A DNA stretch of 62,592 nucleotides, the filler included, from Choristocarpus tenellus KU-1152 (lineage: Eukaryota > Protista > Phaeophyceae), in the NCBI GenBank assembly GCA_964200185.2. It is 16 parts of 16 records of this genome, joined end to end, with 100 filler letters (N's around TTAATTAATTAA, not from the genome) between each part and the next. Parts side by side here need not be neighbours in the genome. Positions count along the whole stretch, not along the records: positions 33,843 to 37,955 come from CAXNAD020016147.1; positions 38,056 to 40,825 come from CAXNAD020024894.1; positions 40,926 to 43,849 come from CAXNAD020023621.1; positions 43,950 to 47,627 come from CAXNAD020018563.1; positions 47,728 to 50,581 come from CAXNAD020024176.1; 11 more parts are not named here. One strand, written 5' to 3'. Below the pieces are notes generated by a model. That model was not told the origin of the DNA. It searched no databases and worked only from the letters and a program-made list of their open reading frames with translations. Below, in pieces: positions 35,917 through 48,957 of this stretch (within the stretch, counting starts at the first letter, position 1; every line of letters begins with the position of its first letter). The position numbers and the translations under genes were made by a program.

Positions 35917-37101
35917 ATGCTTGCTTCAGCGACCATGAAGGGTTTTGTGGTGGCCCTTGCATTCGATTCCGTTTGCAATGGGTTTGCGACTTCATATGTC
36001 AAAATCTCCTCACCGGGACAAGGCGTGCGAGTGTCAGCGTCTCTTCACAGGGAGGGGCATCTTGCTGGAGGTCGAGGGTCCGAATCGCACCCTTCCTTGG
36101 GGTTCTCCTCTACTCGTAGCGGCATGTCGGGACGGGTGCGAACGACTGGTAAAGATAGCCTCCGTAATGTTCTTCTGACGCTTCGTGCGGGATCGGATGA
36201 GTTGGTGGAGGGAGAAACACCAGCATCTCTAGAGGACACGTCAGAAGAGGTTAGTGGAGGACGGCTGTCGATTTTAATCCACCCTGTGTACGGTTTATTC
36301 CTTGCAGGAAAGCTCTTGTTGGATGAAGAGGTTTTCATGAAACTCATGGTTTCGGCTTAACGCTTTAAAACTCCGGCACAGTCTTGGATATCCCTATGCA
36401 ATCCTAAACCTGGGGATATGCTTGCAAATTGTACCATTTTAGAGAGGAGACAGGTTGGCTTCATTGGATGGACTGTACTGACGTTGGCAACCCGCTTCTA
36501 TTTCTGTAGAACTGCTGTGATTGCAGGAAGCGCTGAAGCTGTTTATTGTCATGAATGGTTACTCTCGTGTCCCCTCGGGTGAATCAATGTCCGTCTTGGT
36601 GGTCGGCGCGCCGTTGATAAGAGTGACTGAGATAAAGAGTACCACCATGTTGTTCACCCATGGAAGATGCTGTGTTGCTCCTCCGAGTAATGAATAGGAT
36701 CTCTTCAGTAGCAGAATCCTCACCGACCAACACCGGGACCTGACCGGATCATCCTTCCCAAGTCCTCCTGGAACGGACGGAACCCCCCACTGTGTTTAAC
36801 GCAGTCACAAACCCAAGTTTTAACCATACATTCGCGAGCAAACCTTTCCTCAGTAAATACCATGGTTTCCATTGTAGGTAATGCCCACTCTTCCTTCCCA
36901 CGTATGTGTCGCCAGGAACAGGCAAAGGTTGTTCCTTTGATGGTGGCATCAACAGTAGAGGGGGGAGCAACCCCCAAAGTTAAAGAACCAGGTTTCCTCG
37001 AGAGTCTCATCCCTACCAAGATCGAACGTAAGAAGCTTCTTCCCCTGGGAATGATGTTCTTCTGTATCCTCTTCAATTACACCATCCTGAGGGACACCAA
37101 G
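35917..37101 (+). CDS. NTT: Plastid nucleotide (ATP/ADP) transporter, TLC/NTT family, first two exons
   Basis: Exon 35917-36249 has a presequence (MKGFVVALAFDSVCNG-F). Phase-0 join to exon 36916-37101 ending KKLLPLGMMFFCILFNYTILRDTK, the conserved NTT TM1 signature. Confidence 0.93.
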
Positions 37102-37172
37102 GTTTGCGCTCCCCCAATGGTTGCATGATGTGGCAGAGATAAAGCTCTTGATGGCGTAATGCGCATTGTGTG

Positions 37173-37195
37173 TAGGGTTAGGGTTAGGGTTAGGG
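37173..37195. repeat. Interstitial telomere-type (TTAGGG)n tract
   Basis: Further tracts at ~6949, 16789, 45550-45567, 57491-57508 and 58201-58217. Confidence 0.85.
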
Positions 37196-38714
37196 ATTCT
37201 TACCAACTGTGATGTGCTGTGTTTCTATTCATCTCCCGTTGTGTTAACTGCAAATTGCAGTTCACTCTTAATGGTCCTTATTCAAGTGTGTTTTATGAGG
37301 GACCCTATTGCTTGCTTATTTGCATTGTGTGTTAGTGAGAACAACTCCCAGCGTGGAAACTGCCATCTTTACTTCAGGTCGGTGTTGGTGCTTTTTCTGT
37401 CCCTACCTCCCCCTCCACTGATATCCCAGACGTACCCACACCTTCTCAACACTTCCAAATAATCAAATGCAGTGATCAGTAACATATCAGTCAGTCTGTG
37501 TGCTGTTTCAGTTTGAATATTGCTGCTCATGAATATAGTCTGGCGTTCTTAGTGTAAGAAATCTTCAGTGTCTCAAAACATACCCAAAGTCTGTCTTTGT
37601 CGTCCTTTTTTCTACCTTTCACCTTCCAGGGCGAAATCGTCTAAAAGGGGGGCCGATCCAGACCTTCTGAGTCTAAAAACCTTTTTTGACCTTGTGCAGT
37701 ATGTACACCATACCCAAGCCTCAAATGCATGTAACTCCCATTAGTAGTGTGTACTGCCTCAGAAGAGAAGAACGCCTCTAAAACAGAGTCCTATGAAACA
37801 TACTGCTGGTTAAAAGCAACCTCTACAGTGCCCAAAACACAATGCACCGCTTACTTACCAGCAGTCACAGGAGTCCTAAAAAGATACCCCCTTCTTCAAC
37901 ACCATCCCTCTCCCCTACCCCACCGACGAGTTCATATTTAACTGCTCCACACATANNNNNNNNNNNNNNNNNNNNNNNNNNNNNNNNNNNNNNNNNNNNT
38001 TAATTAATTAANNNNNNNNNNNNNNNNNNNNNNNNNNNNNNNNNNNNNNNNNNNNCCGTTTTCGCAAAACAACCATCCTCATAGTCCCGGGGCCATCCTC
38101 AATTTTGAGGATCCCCTATTATTGGTTATTTTGGTGATACATCTGAAAATATGAGAGGCCATAATAATAAATATTGTGTAGAGAATATATTTTGTGGTTA
38201 GAGTCAGTTTACCTATATAAGAGAGGGTAAATGACTCGTCACAAGTTTTCAGACTATAAGAGAAGTTTCAGCGTTTTCTTCCCATTCTCTCTTATATCGA
38301 GCAAATTTCCGTTGTTTTTCAGTACCTGACCGAGGTTTCCCAAAAAGCCATGTCTAAAGTTAACCAAATATAATAAAGGAACAAACCTGCTCAACACCAG
38401 CAGTACACAACATAGCAGTCTTTTGTCTCTCAGTACTGCACAGTAGAGTACATACGGTATATCAGGTCAAGGGTTAGACGAATGCATTGTACAGATACAA
38501 CGATGCGCTGAGCAGTGGGATCCAGCTGCAACATGCAAGGTAATACTCCTGGCCCACCACACTATACTTGCCCTAAGTGTTGCATTGTAGCGACTATCTT
38601 CGTGGCATTTGCGGTGTCGCGGATCCTTTTGTTGCCAGCGAAATGAAACGTATGTGCAAATTGCGTGTGAGCCTCACCAAGCGCAAGGCTTTGAGTCCTC
38701 CAGCTAGTGACAAC

Positions 38715-39512
38715 ATGGCGTCGAAGCGCCATGATAACAAGAACAAGGGCAAGGAAAATTTGCTGCCAAATATATCTACGAAGAAAGTCGCGTCCTACAA
38801 GCCTCGCAGTGCCCACAATCGTAAACGCTTCAATTTTGCAGAGAAGGTGAAAGCATTGAAACTCCTGAAGACCATGATGGGAACTGCAGTTGGTAAAAAG
38901 TTTGGAATCGGTCACAGCACCCTCTAGAAGTTGAAGAAGGAGGCAAGAACCATAATGGAGAATGCACAAACGCTAAAGCCTGACACCAAGTCTACGAGGG
39001 GCGCTAAACATGCCGAGGTGCTTCAGCGTGTGGATTGAAATTCTGAAAGTAGGTTGATTGTGATCGTGATTGAATTGTCTTTATGCACTGTTTGCTTATG
39101 ATGATCATGATTGAATTTTTGAAATGTCTGTACCGTGTACTGTAGTATTACACGTGGTCATTTCTTTTCGTAGAGGTAACGTCCCACACAAGGCGTCCCT
39201 ATATATCAATGAGGATCTCTCTAGTGCTCTTGACGTTCTGCACCTCAGATCTGTTGGAAAGTCGTCTCAGGCTTCCATCAACGCAGTAAGAGCGTGGATC
39301 GGTGTGAAAGACAACAATGAAGTGGCCTATGGGACACTAGAGGACATGAAAGGCCAGCTGCCCAAGAAATTCTTGTACCAGTCAGACAATGAAAGCTCGG
39401 GTGACGAGGATGACGATGTTTTTATGGGAGGGGGCAGCGCATCGGGAGCCATGAGGAAAGGAGCAGCCTCTTCGGTGTCCTCGATTCCTCCACCGTCGAA
39501 GAGGCAGCATGA
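38715..39512 (+). mobile_element. pogo/Tigger (CENP-B-like HTH) transposase relic
   Basis: RKRFNFAEKVKALKLLK..MGTAVGKKFGIGHSTL*KLKKE...KSTRGAKHAE matches the psq/CENP-B N-terminal HTH. An acidic C-terminal segment follows (ORF 39124-39579); no DDD core seen. Confidence 0.7.
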
Positions 39513-39769
39513 GATTCAAAGTATTTTAGAGGGTAGCACCGCGTCCATTTGGGGCCTAAATCCAACGTTGCCATTTTGATGAAATTTTGACTGTCGTGTT
39601 TGTTAGGAAGAGCCGATATCCTTGTTCCGGACACACTTTTTCATAACGTATACATGTTACCTACTCTGAAACATTTCGGAGTAGGAAAATGTCATAAAAA
39701 AAACATGGGAAGCCAAGCCCCAAATTGGCAAATAGGGCAAAACTCATATCCTCTAAGATACTTTCACTC
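39513..39769 (+). mobile_element. MITE family A, third full-length copy
   Basis: gattcaaagtattttagagggtag ... tatcctctaagatactttcactc; interior colinear with 10327-10585; TSD not exact. Confidence 0.88.
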
Positions 39770-40388
39770 TGAACGATATTTCGACCATCTCTGGAAAGCA
39801 AAGCTGTTTTGGCTCAGCACAATCGGAGTAAGGACAATCAAACAAGCGGACATTTGAGATTTTATTGGCAGTCGCGATTATTTTATCAGCGAATAGTTTG
39901 TTTTAATCAGTGCGTGCAATGGGAGGTGCATGGCGGTGCAGCTACATTTTGATCCATGTGTTAAAGTATCGCCCAAATCATCCAAGAGGATAAAGATGAT
40001 AAACCCAGCAAGATTACTTGATGTCTGTAGAGTGGTTAAGCTAAGTGGGGCATGCAGAACCCCATAAAATAAGAAATATTTCCTTTCATATGAGAACTTT
40101 TCTCATACAGCTAATCACTAGTAAAATGTTCTGATAACTCAACTACTAATGATTGTTCTCTTACTCCATACATATTTTACCGTAACTGTCCGATAGAGTT
40201 GGAAGAGTCTAATCGAACACCCTCCCTAGCTCCAACACTCTTGAGAACTTACAAGAAAACAATTATGGATCCTAGGAGACTCCTCAGGTCAATCCTGTAG
40301 GACTGGAAAACAACCAGCTATTGAACTCACTGAAAAGAAGTACATCCAAACAAATTCAAAGAAATTCAAATCAGGAAGAAACAAACCA

Positions 40389-40825
40389 CTAAACATAGTC
40401 TAAATTTAGCAAAGCCCCTGCATGCCTCCAAAAAGATACTTCTCCTAAAGGCTTGGTAAACACATCTGCACGCTGCTCATCTGAGGTAACATGAACAATC
40501 CTTATTTGTCCATTGACTACCAAGTCCCTTAGGAAATGATGTCGCACATCTATATCCTTAGTCCTGTCAGAACTCAATGGTTTATTAACCAAATGGATGG
40601 CTCCTGTGTTGTCCTCATACACTACGTAACACGACCCAGTCCTATCAGGTTGCACGAACTCCAAAACACCTCCCAAAAACAACTCCTTCACACAGTCCCC
40701 CATGGCTATGTACTCTGCCTCTGCAGTCGACAGTGCTATGACACGCTGGGTCCTGGAAAGCCAAGAAACTGCTGCGCCACGACACATCACTGCACGCGCA
40801 TACACCGAACGTCCACCAAAAATAT
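40389..40825 (-). mobile_element. Ty1/Copia pol C-terminus (RNase H)
   Basis: GAAVSWLSRTQ..IALSTAEAEY, VYEDNTGAI, RTKDIDVRHHFLRD, EQRADVFTKPL. Confidence 0.95.
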
Positions 40826-43797
40826 NNNNNNNNNNNNNNNNNNNNNNNNNNNNNNNNNNNNNNNNNNNNTTAATTAATTAANNNNNNNNNNNNNNNNNNN
40901 NNNNNNNNNNNNNNNNNNNNNNNNNCGCTCTTTCCGATCGGGGCAATGTCAGGGACAGGTTCCTTTTTGGGGATCTCCGACACACACGTTATGTATAAGA
41001 TGCGCGGTCAGATACAATTACACGCGCCAAACACGTCATTTGAACTCATCCATACAGACCAGTCCAAAGAAACAGTCACACCCATGAGGTCTGGATTTGA
41101 CCAAAGAGCCAAAATGGATCCTCAGAACGAAGAACCATTCCGATTCTGACAAATCCATTTCTTTGCTGTGATGTTGCTCAGTCATTCTGGAACATCTGTC
41201 GTGTTCTGAAAGGGTTGTTCTGTTCTGGATTTACTGATCTGTTACGAGATTAGAGCCAAGACCTTGAGACTTGGTCCACCCTCTGAGGTGAAGGAGTTTT
41301 CATTCCGGTGATTGTGATTGCCCCCTTGAGCAGAGAACTTGGCACCTTTGACACTTCCACATATACTTCTTGTGACAATACAGTGAAAAAAACAAGATTG
41401 CTCCAGAGGGGTAAACTACTGGTACCACTTCGATATGTAGACGTGTCAGCGAAAAAGTCAAATCAATATCACAACGAACTCGTCCGAATGTTGGCTTGAC
41501 TTTTTCCCTTTAGATATTTTTAGTATTATATCTTTTGATATTTTGAAGACGTGTTTATACATTTATATTATTATGCTCCTACATATTTTGTTGATGCATC
41601 AAAAGAGAAAACAATGAAAAAACAGCCAATCATAATATCGTTCATGATTATGCTTGGTCTACCAACAACAAATGGTCACGGGTGGAGAGGCATACAGGCG
41701 GTCCTGCAGCCTTGAGACATGAACTTGGCAGAGATTGACAGACATACATACCATGACCAATATGGAGATTCACAGTGGATTGCAGCAAAATGACCCGAGA
41801 AATAGAGGATGATACAAATAATGTGCTTTGTGCTCGAGAATTAATTCGGATCGAGAGCACAGGCCATCACCAATAATTACATAAATGAGTGCGAAAGAAA
41901 CGTTATCATTGTCGTGTACAATAGCCTTCAACAGTACAGATGCTGCTGTGCATGTACTGTTGTTGTATGAACACAAGGGAGGTATTTGGCACTATTTTTT
42001 GTGAAGGTGATCTGTCATTTGAAGGAAATAACTTTTTGTCGGATCCTCTTGTCTCAAACTTCTACTGCGGCAAACAGGAAAACTGTAACACCCACCCACA
42101 CTATATAGATCCTAAACTTAAGACAGACTTCTATCATGACCTGGAAAAAAAACAAACATCATCAGGACCTCAACCGAACAAGCTCTTTGTGGTCCTCCTT
42201 GTATTTCTATAGCGTGGTATGAGTTTCCTTCTCATTTAATCAAATCCCATCTCCATCCACATACTACCCAGACCCTCTGCCCCCTCACCCTTTGTCATGC
42301 CCACCCGAGAGAAACCTGTATAAAGTTCACAGTAGAAGGCATCTCGCAGACCAGCATTCTGTGCCCAGTCTTTGTTGACCTCCAACTCTCCGACATAAAA
42401 TTTGCATTGAACACGTCTAACAGTACGTGACAAGTACGTTATCTGTCCTTTTTCGGGTCATTGCGGCAATGGAAATTTCGGGATTCTACATCGGTATTCA
42501 GCTGAGAGATAGTTCAACGTCCTTGCATACACCCGTGCTCCTTCGTGCCACCCTGCCTCCGTCTGTGTGATCAATGCATTTAGGGGCATATTGTGCACTT
42601 TCACTGCACCAAATGCCAAGGCCAGCTTGGTTAAGGACTACTACCCAATAGGTTCATGTGAACACTCCCTTTTAAAGGAGAACAATATGTAAATACTTAA
42701 AGTATGGAGTTGCATCCACCAGAGTTATGACACTGTGTTTCATCAAAACGAATAATAAAAAACAAGTTTCTGCAACCAAAAACGGGATAACGAACACGAC
42801 ACAAGCCTAGAAGTAAATGCTTGCAGCATCAAGGACAACTGCAGCAGCCCAAGAACGAAATACAAAATAATGTATTGTTATCCGCACTAGGGGGGGTAGA
42901 TATAGTCCCTTTTGAGTATAGGATTCTCTTAAAATCTGACGCCCCCATTCACATGTCCGAGATGTAGGAAAACCCAATCAGGAGGCTGAGCCTATTGAAG
43001 AGGAGATGAACATTCGTCCAGGCAAGCACATAATCGCCCACAAGAATACCTGGAGTATATGTATCACAACGTAATTGTAGAGGCCCCAAGCTATCAAAGG
43101 CATCCCCTCTGGGGTAATATGACTCCAAGTTTCCATACAATACAGTCAGACTGATGGGACTTGAGTCCCTGAGTCAAATAGAGCTAATTCTCCCGCATAC
43201 AAACTCTGACTGGTGTAAATGCTCGTCCTCAAGCGAAAGGTACACCAGTGCGGCTGCTTGAACTTCAGTCCTCCTGCCAAACCACCTTTGCCTTCCATCC
43301 CCTCCACCGTATCTTTCAATGGAGGAAACGGGACGGTGAACTGCCTCCTGGACCTTAGCACCCCCCTTGAAGTTGTCTCTCAGGGTTTCCTCTCTCCACA
43401 GCTGATGGTAGGGGGTGCGAAACCTACGCTTTCAGGGCCATTCCTCCTCCTCCTTCTCCTCGTCCATTAGAGCATGTACATGTAAACACCACAATCACAC
43501 CTCCATTTACCACCTGCCTTCCTCTCACTACCTTCAAGATTAAGGCATCATCGGACAATGATAAACTGGAAGAAGATGCACTTCGATCTCTCTCACTCTT
43601 TCACCTGTTCCTCCCGTCCATCTTCTTGCTGGGAATTGAGGTTACAATAGAGAAGGAACCACTGTGTGTTGTTATGGGAAAAATAGAGCTTTGCTTTTAG
43701 GCGGGGTGTTGACAGAGGAATTATGTATGGGGACAAGAAATATGTTCATTTTTTTTCGGAATTTCCAGAGAAGGAAAACCATGTCAAGTGTCAAAGT

Positions 43798-43849
43798 GAG
43801 TGAAACTATCTTAGAGGGTACGAATTTTTCCCTGTTTGTCCATTCGTGG
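43798..43849 (-). mobile_element. MITE family A terminus at the contig end
   Basis: gagtgaaactatcttagagggtacga...gtttgtccatt matches 12815-12861. Confidence 0.85.
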
Positions 43850-44858
43850 NNNNNNNNNNNNNNNNNNNNNNNNNNNNNNNNNNNNNNNNNNNNTTAATTA
43901 ATTAANNNNNNNNNNNNNNNNNNNNNNNNNNNNNNNNNNNNNNNNNNNNATTTCCGTAGTGCAAGGTAGTGGGGGAGGGGGGGGGGGGGATTTACTCTTG
44001 ATCTTTGAGTTTGTTGTTGTGTGTCTCTGGAGGATTGTTATTCTGTGTGGGATGCCTTGTGTTATTTTCTATTTTTTATGTATGAGGATATAATCTCGTG
44101 TAGTAGGTGTGTGGTCCTTGGCAGTTACAGTTACATCAATAGACCAATAGAAATGGAGAGATCTAGTTGCTTGTAGCTCGTGGAAATTGTGAAGATAGGG
44201 TTAGGGTTGTCTTTGAATGATGTTAATTGTTGTTATAACCTTGTTATAACACTCTCCGTTTTGGTGTCCAATATAATGACTATGTTGTGTATCCTGTGAG
44301 TCAATGCTAAGTACTTGGTAACCAAATGCCATTAGGTAATTAATGAACCTCTGCATAAGTACTGCACATGAATATATATATATATACATGTGTTGCGTTT
44401 GTGCACTATATGTGTGAATGTTGGATGGAACTTGATTTTGTTGCATGTTTATGATAACAACTCCTTAAAACTGATGTGCGAAGTGCTTGTGAACAAACCA
44501 AACCCTCTCAATACGTGCCTGCCAAGTCATAGAAAATGATATATTTTTAGTCCTGAGGGAAGTGGTTCCTCCATGTCCAATTTTGTCATTCGTTGAGAGC
44601 CCTTGAGATGAGGGTTATATTCTGAATAATGTCAAAAAAGACTAGTGACTGCGTAACATAGCACTCTCTACTCCTAACATTAGACAAGTTTATTATTATA
44701 TCACTCCAATCCCCCCCCCAAAAAAATAAATAAATAAAACCTTATTTTTGTTTTCTTGTGATGTGTGCCTGTGTGGCGACTCGTGATGTACACTCGTGTG
44801 CAAATGACTCTTGATGTGTGGTATTGCGTCAAGCAGTAGTTTCTTTAGCTCCTATCAG

Positions 44859-45742
44859 GAGGAGATGCTGGATGCATTGATGGATTTGGACCAGGACGGA
44901 ATACCAGAGGTTCGGAATAATATTATTTCACTCAGGGTGAGATGGGCATACAAATGGGCCCCCTTGTGTTGTCTGAGCCTACGTTTGACTGTTGTAGTGA
45001 CTGTTGTAGTGTGTGTTTCCATGTGTGGTGTGGGCACACAATCAAAGCAGTCTATAATCAGTCTATTTTATCAGTCTATAATCAATCTATTTTATCAATC
45101 TCCATAGCGATCGAAGTGTGTGCTAGTAGTAGTACTGAGGGGTAGTACTGATTTATCTATTTTTATTGATAGTATTCAGTAGTGGTAGCTCATTATTCTA
45201 CATGCAATGTACAATGTAGCTCAAATTGTTTTCAGGAAGATGTTACTTTTCCTTGTCTGGGTGTAGGTAGATGATAAAATATAGATTATAGATTATACTC
45301 CAATTATAGATTATATATCTTAACAATACTTGTTGGCCTGGTTAATGGGTTTTGTAGAGCAATGATAGGCGGTGTATGTGTCTAACCCTAACCCTATTAT
45401 ACTATACTATACTATACCATACTATACCATTGCACACCCTCCCTCATCCGTTTTTAGTCCTGACCTGTTGATGTGATGTGTGTGGTGTGTCTGCTCTATT
45501 CCATGCAGACTCAATTGTGTCTGAATTAGGTCTACCTATTTCTTCCTTGTTAGGGTTAGGGTTAGGGTTAAGGTTTTCTTTTAGTGACCTGTATTTACCG
45601 TGTCTGTCATTTTTTTTCTCTTTTTTACTGTGTACAGGAAAAAATGACATTTGAAAAAACAGCAATGCACAGACTGCAGAAGGTGATCAAAACTGCCACG
45701 GAGGTAAGATCAACATTTATTATTATTGTTATTATTTTTATC

Positions 45743-45774
<32 letters not shown>

Positions 45775-47071
45775 CCTGAATGTGCATGAAGACACTCTTT
45801 TGGTAAGGTTTGTAATCAAAATCCTTCAGAGACTATTACTGTAATTAATGCATGTGCATGGTAGTGACGATCATATTCCTTGTGGGAAATGGATCAGGTA
45901 TCGGCTTTCAGTGGTTGATGGCTGATCAATCAACATGTTCTCTGAGAATTGAGATGTGCAGATGACTGCACTGACTGGAGTTATTGTAGTTACTGTAGTT
46001 ATTGCATACAGTCCTTCAATGTCGGTCTTGTGGAGTTATTGCCAATTGATGGAGTGCTCTATTCTATGTTCTATTCTATGAATCTCTTGCGTACGTCCTG
46101 TGTATTTGTTGTGTATGCTTGATCTTTGGATGGAAGCTGGTCTTCTATGTGGTAGATAATGGTGCCTCTTGAGATGAGACTTGATTGGAAGTATTACATA
46201 GCCCGCTCTAAAGTCAACCTTGATGATATCACTTGGACTGCAGGTGGTGATGTACTGGTGATGTTAGATGTGAAACTGTGTACCAGGTTAAGGCATGCGT
46301 GTAGAAATACTTCAAGAAAAAAATTGTTGTGAATGTTGTTGATGAGTTTTGATTTGACTAGCACTGGGTTTTCTTTGGTGGGTTTTTAGTCCCCTTGATG
46401 GTTGTTTGTGTTGATTGATGGGGGCATTGCTTCAATAGGAAGGTCTGAACTGAAGGTTAGTTTTGACTCTTTGGATTCACTGCATCTATTGCACAAATAA
46501 TGTCACCTCATTCAATGGGGGGGAAGGGGGGGTGCAGATACGTTATTTTCCTGAACTCACAAGCACCAAATACCTACCATAACCCACTATTCAATTATTT
46601 ATTTATTTTTTAGTTCTTACCTCTGACCTACATTGTTGATATTTTTATTATTTTTTTCAGAGCATGACCCCTGAGGCACTGGGGCTAATTCAGTTCTCAG
46701 AGACTGAAACCATACTTGCCGGTCGTCAACCCTCCATGGTAAGTGACGATTCCAGCACAGAGCTCTGGGCTGCCACCACGGACATCACCGCTACCACACC
46801 CCAAGCACATACAGAATACACTCTGTTGGAAGGCATCTGCACTGAAGCAAGCAATATTCTGCAGGAAACCCTAAGGGGAAGGGGCATAGAGGATGGGTTT
46901 CGTGCAGGCGTTGTTGTGGGTGCAGGTACCCATGAGGACACAATGGGCAGGGAAGAGAGGGCGGTGGAGGCATTGGGGGATCCTATGGACAAATACATGA
47001 AAGTGTGCTCTGAGATGGTAGGTTGCATGTCATCCACTGCCAGCTTCCTTCGGGCATGGGAGATTGGGGAG
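44859..47071 (+). CDS. Three internal exons of an uncharacterised protein
   Basis: Phase-0 GT-AG exons 44859-44909 (EEMLDALMDLDQDGIPE), 45638-45703 (EKMTFEKTAMHRLQKVIKTATE) and 46661-47071 (137 codons). Confidence 0.75.
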
Positions 47072-48527
47072 GTAAGATGTGGTTGGTTGTGTTTGTAGAT
47101 AGAAATCAAGTATATATTTTGACACCAAGGCATAGACTTGAAATATTTTACCTTTTCTCCTTTGTGATGATTGATTTGCTGTGCTCATTAGTCCATTAAT
47201 GGCTGAGATATAGAACCAATTTTCTGAGCGCTTTCTGTCAAGACTTATCTTAGCAATCTTTTGAAGTATTGGTTGTTTGTGAGGTAAGAGTGTTGCCTAT
47301 TTTGTGTTTTGAAAAGAGATTACACCCGAACAGGAGGGGTTAAGTGTATGGAACAAAAGTATTTGAATTTGATACGTTTGATTGGTTGAGGTGTAACATA
47401 ACCATCGTTAGTGCAGGCTGGGGTGACTGAGATAGGAAATCAACAGTTCAGTCTCTTCTCTTCCGATTTTGCTGGCCTTAGCTTGCTATTGAAATTTTGA
47501 GGGTCTCTTGAGTCTTTTGATGTCATGAATACTCTGTCAAAGGAGTGGACTTTAATTCTTTTTTTTTGCAGTTGATGAACATTTTTTTTTTTGTCTATAT
47601 GTAGCCTTTTCATGTTCAGTCAAGGTTNNNNNNNNNNNNNNNNNNNNNNNNNNNNNNNNNNNNNNNNNNNNTTAATTAATTAANNNNNNNNNNNNNNNNN
47701 NNNNNNNNNNNNNNNNNNNNNNNNNNNGTGTCCGCCGTTTGCCCTCCCCATTTCGGGGGGGGGTTTTAACCACCACCAACCCCCCCCCCCCCCCCCCCCC
47801 CCACAAAAAAAACATGCTCAAAAAGAGAAAGTGAGCATGTACATGAGAGCAACACAAGCAACCAACCAAACCAGCCAGCCACAGGTAAGAACAAACGTCA
47901 GAAATATTATTTCATATCTCTATTTTTGTACCCTACATCAGTACACATTACCAGTCAGCCTCACTCAGCCTTCATGGGGTCACTCCAATGGCCTGTATCT
48001 AAAAAAACGGACACAATTACAGAGCAGTGCATCAATGCAACTGACGCTCAGGTTCAGAGGGGCAAAAGATTTCAAACCTATGCTTCGCATTGCAATCATT
48101 GCCTCACCCAATGCTTCTTTCCACAAATGATTTGACTGTTGTCAGAGCAACACGACAACATTGCCCACAATAAATGTTTGCGATTCTTTCACGTCCTGGA
48201 CTTTGAACAGGGCATGTCTTTCATCTTCAATAAGTTGTGACACTGAGCTCTAGGCGTACAAGGCAGGACTTCAGGCAGCAGGGCATGAGATGTGATCCAA
48301 GGAGGAAGTCCGCGTTGGAGAGAGTGGTCCTCCCCCTTTGAAAGCGTGCCATGGCGTAAGAAAGGGCTCCCAAGATCAAATCAAGATACATTTTATTACT
48401 GTGAAAGATCATTTTATTGCTGTGAAAGCTGTTTTCCAGTGTAATTTTCGCGGAGGTGATGGGAGCTGTGATCACCTCCTTTACACAACATACACCAAAT
48501 GTATCCTTTGTAGTGCTCAAGCGCTAC

Positions 48528-48593
48528 TATATAGTAGTACTTGTATAGTTATATAGTAGTACTTGTATAGTTGTATAGTAGTACTTGTATAGT
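48528..48593. repeat. 22-bp tandem repeat x3
   Basis: tatatagtagtacttgtatagt. Confidence 0.9.
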
Positions 48594-48957
48594 TCATACT
48601 GAACATGTCAATAGTTGAAGAAAAATTCAACTGTCTGTGGTACAAGTATGCTTCGATGAGCAGCGAACTTGAGAACTTGAATCTTGAGACTCATTTATCG
48701 CATCAAGGGCAAACTTTGTCAGCACACAACTCAAATTTTTATATAGAGAATATGAAACCACTAGCGAAGTAGCTGCTAAACCCAAGCACAAGTCCGGACA
48801 CATGAACACCTTGATCATGAAAAGCACATTGACACTTGAGATCGGGAACTGCCCTGTTCTACACTGCAAAAATCGTATGTATGTGATAGATTATTCCATT
48901 CGCCTGCGGCTCTATCTCCAGAAGGGCATGTGCTTCAGCTTTCTGCACAGACTAACA

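Noticed and set aside
42949-43470. Long semi-open minus-strand frames
   Set aside because: Internal stops, no identifiable family and no convincing splice structure
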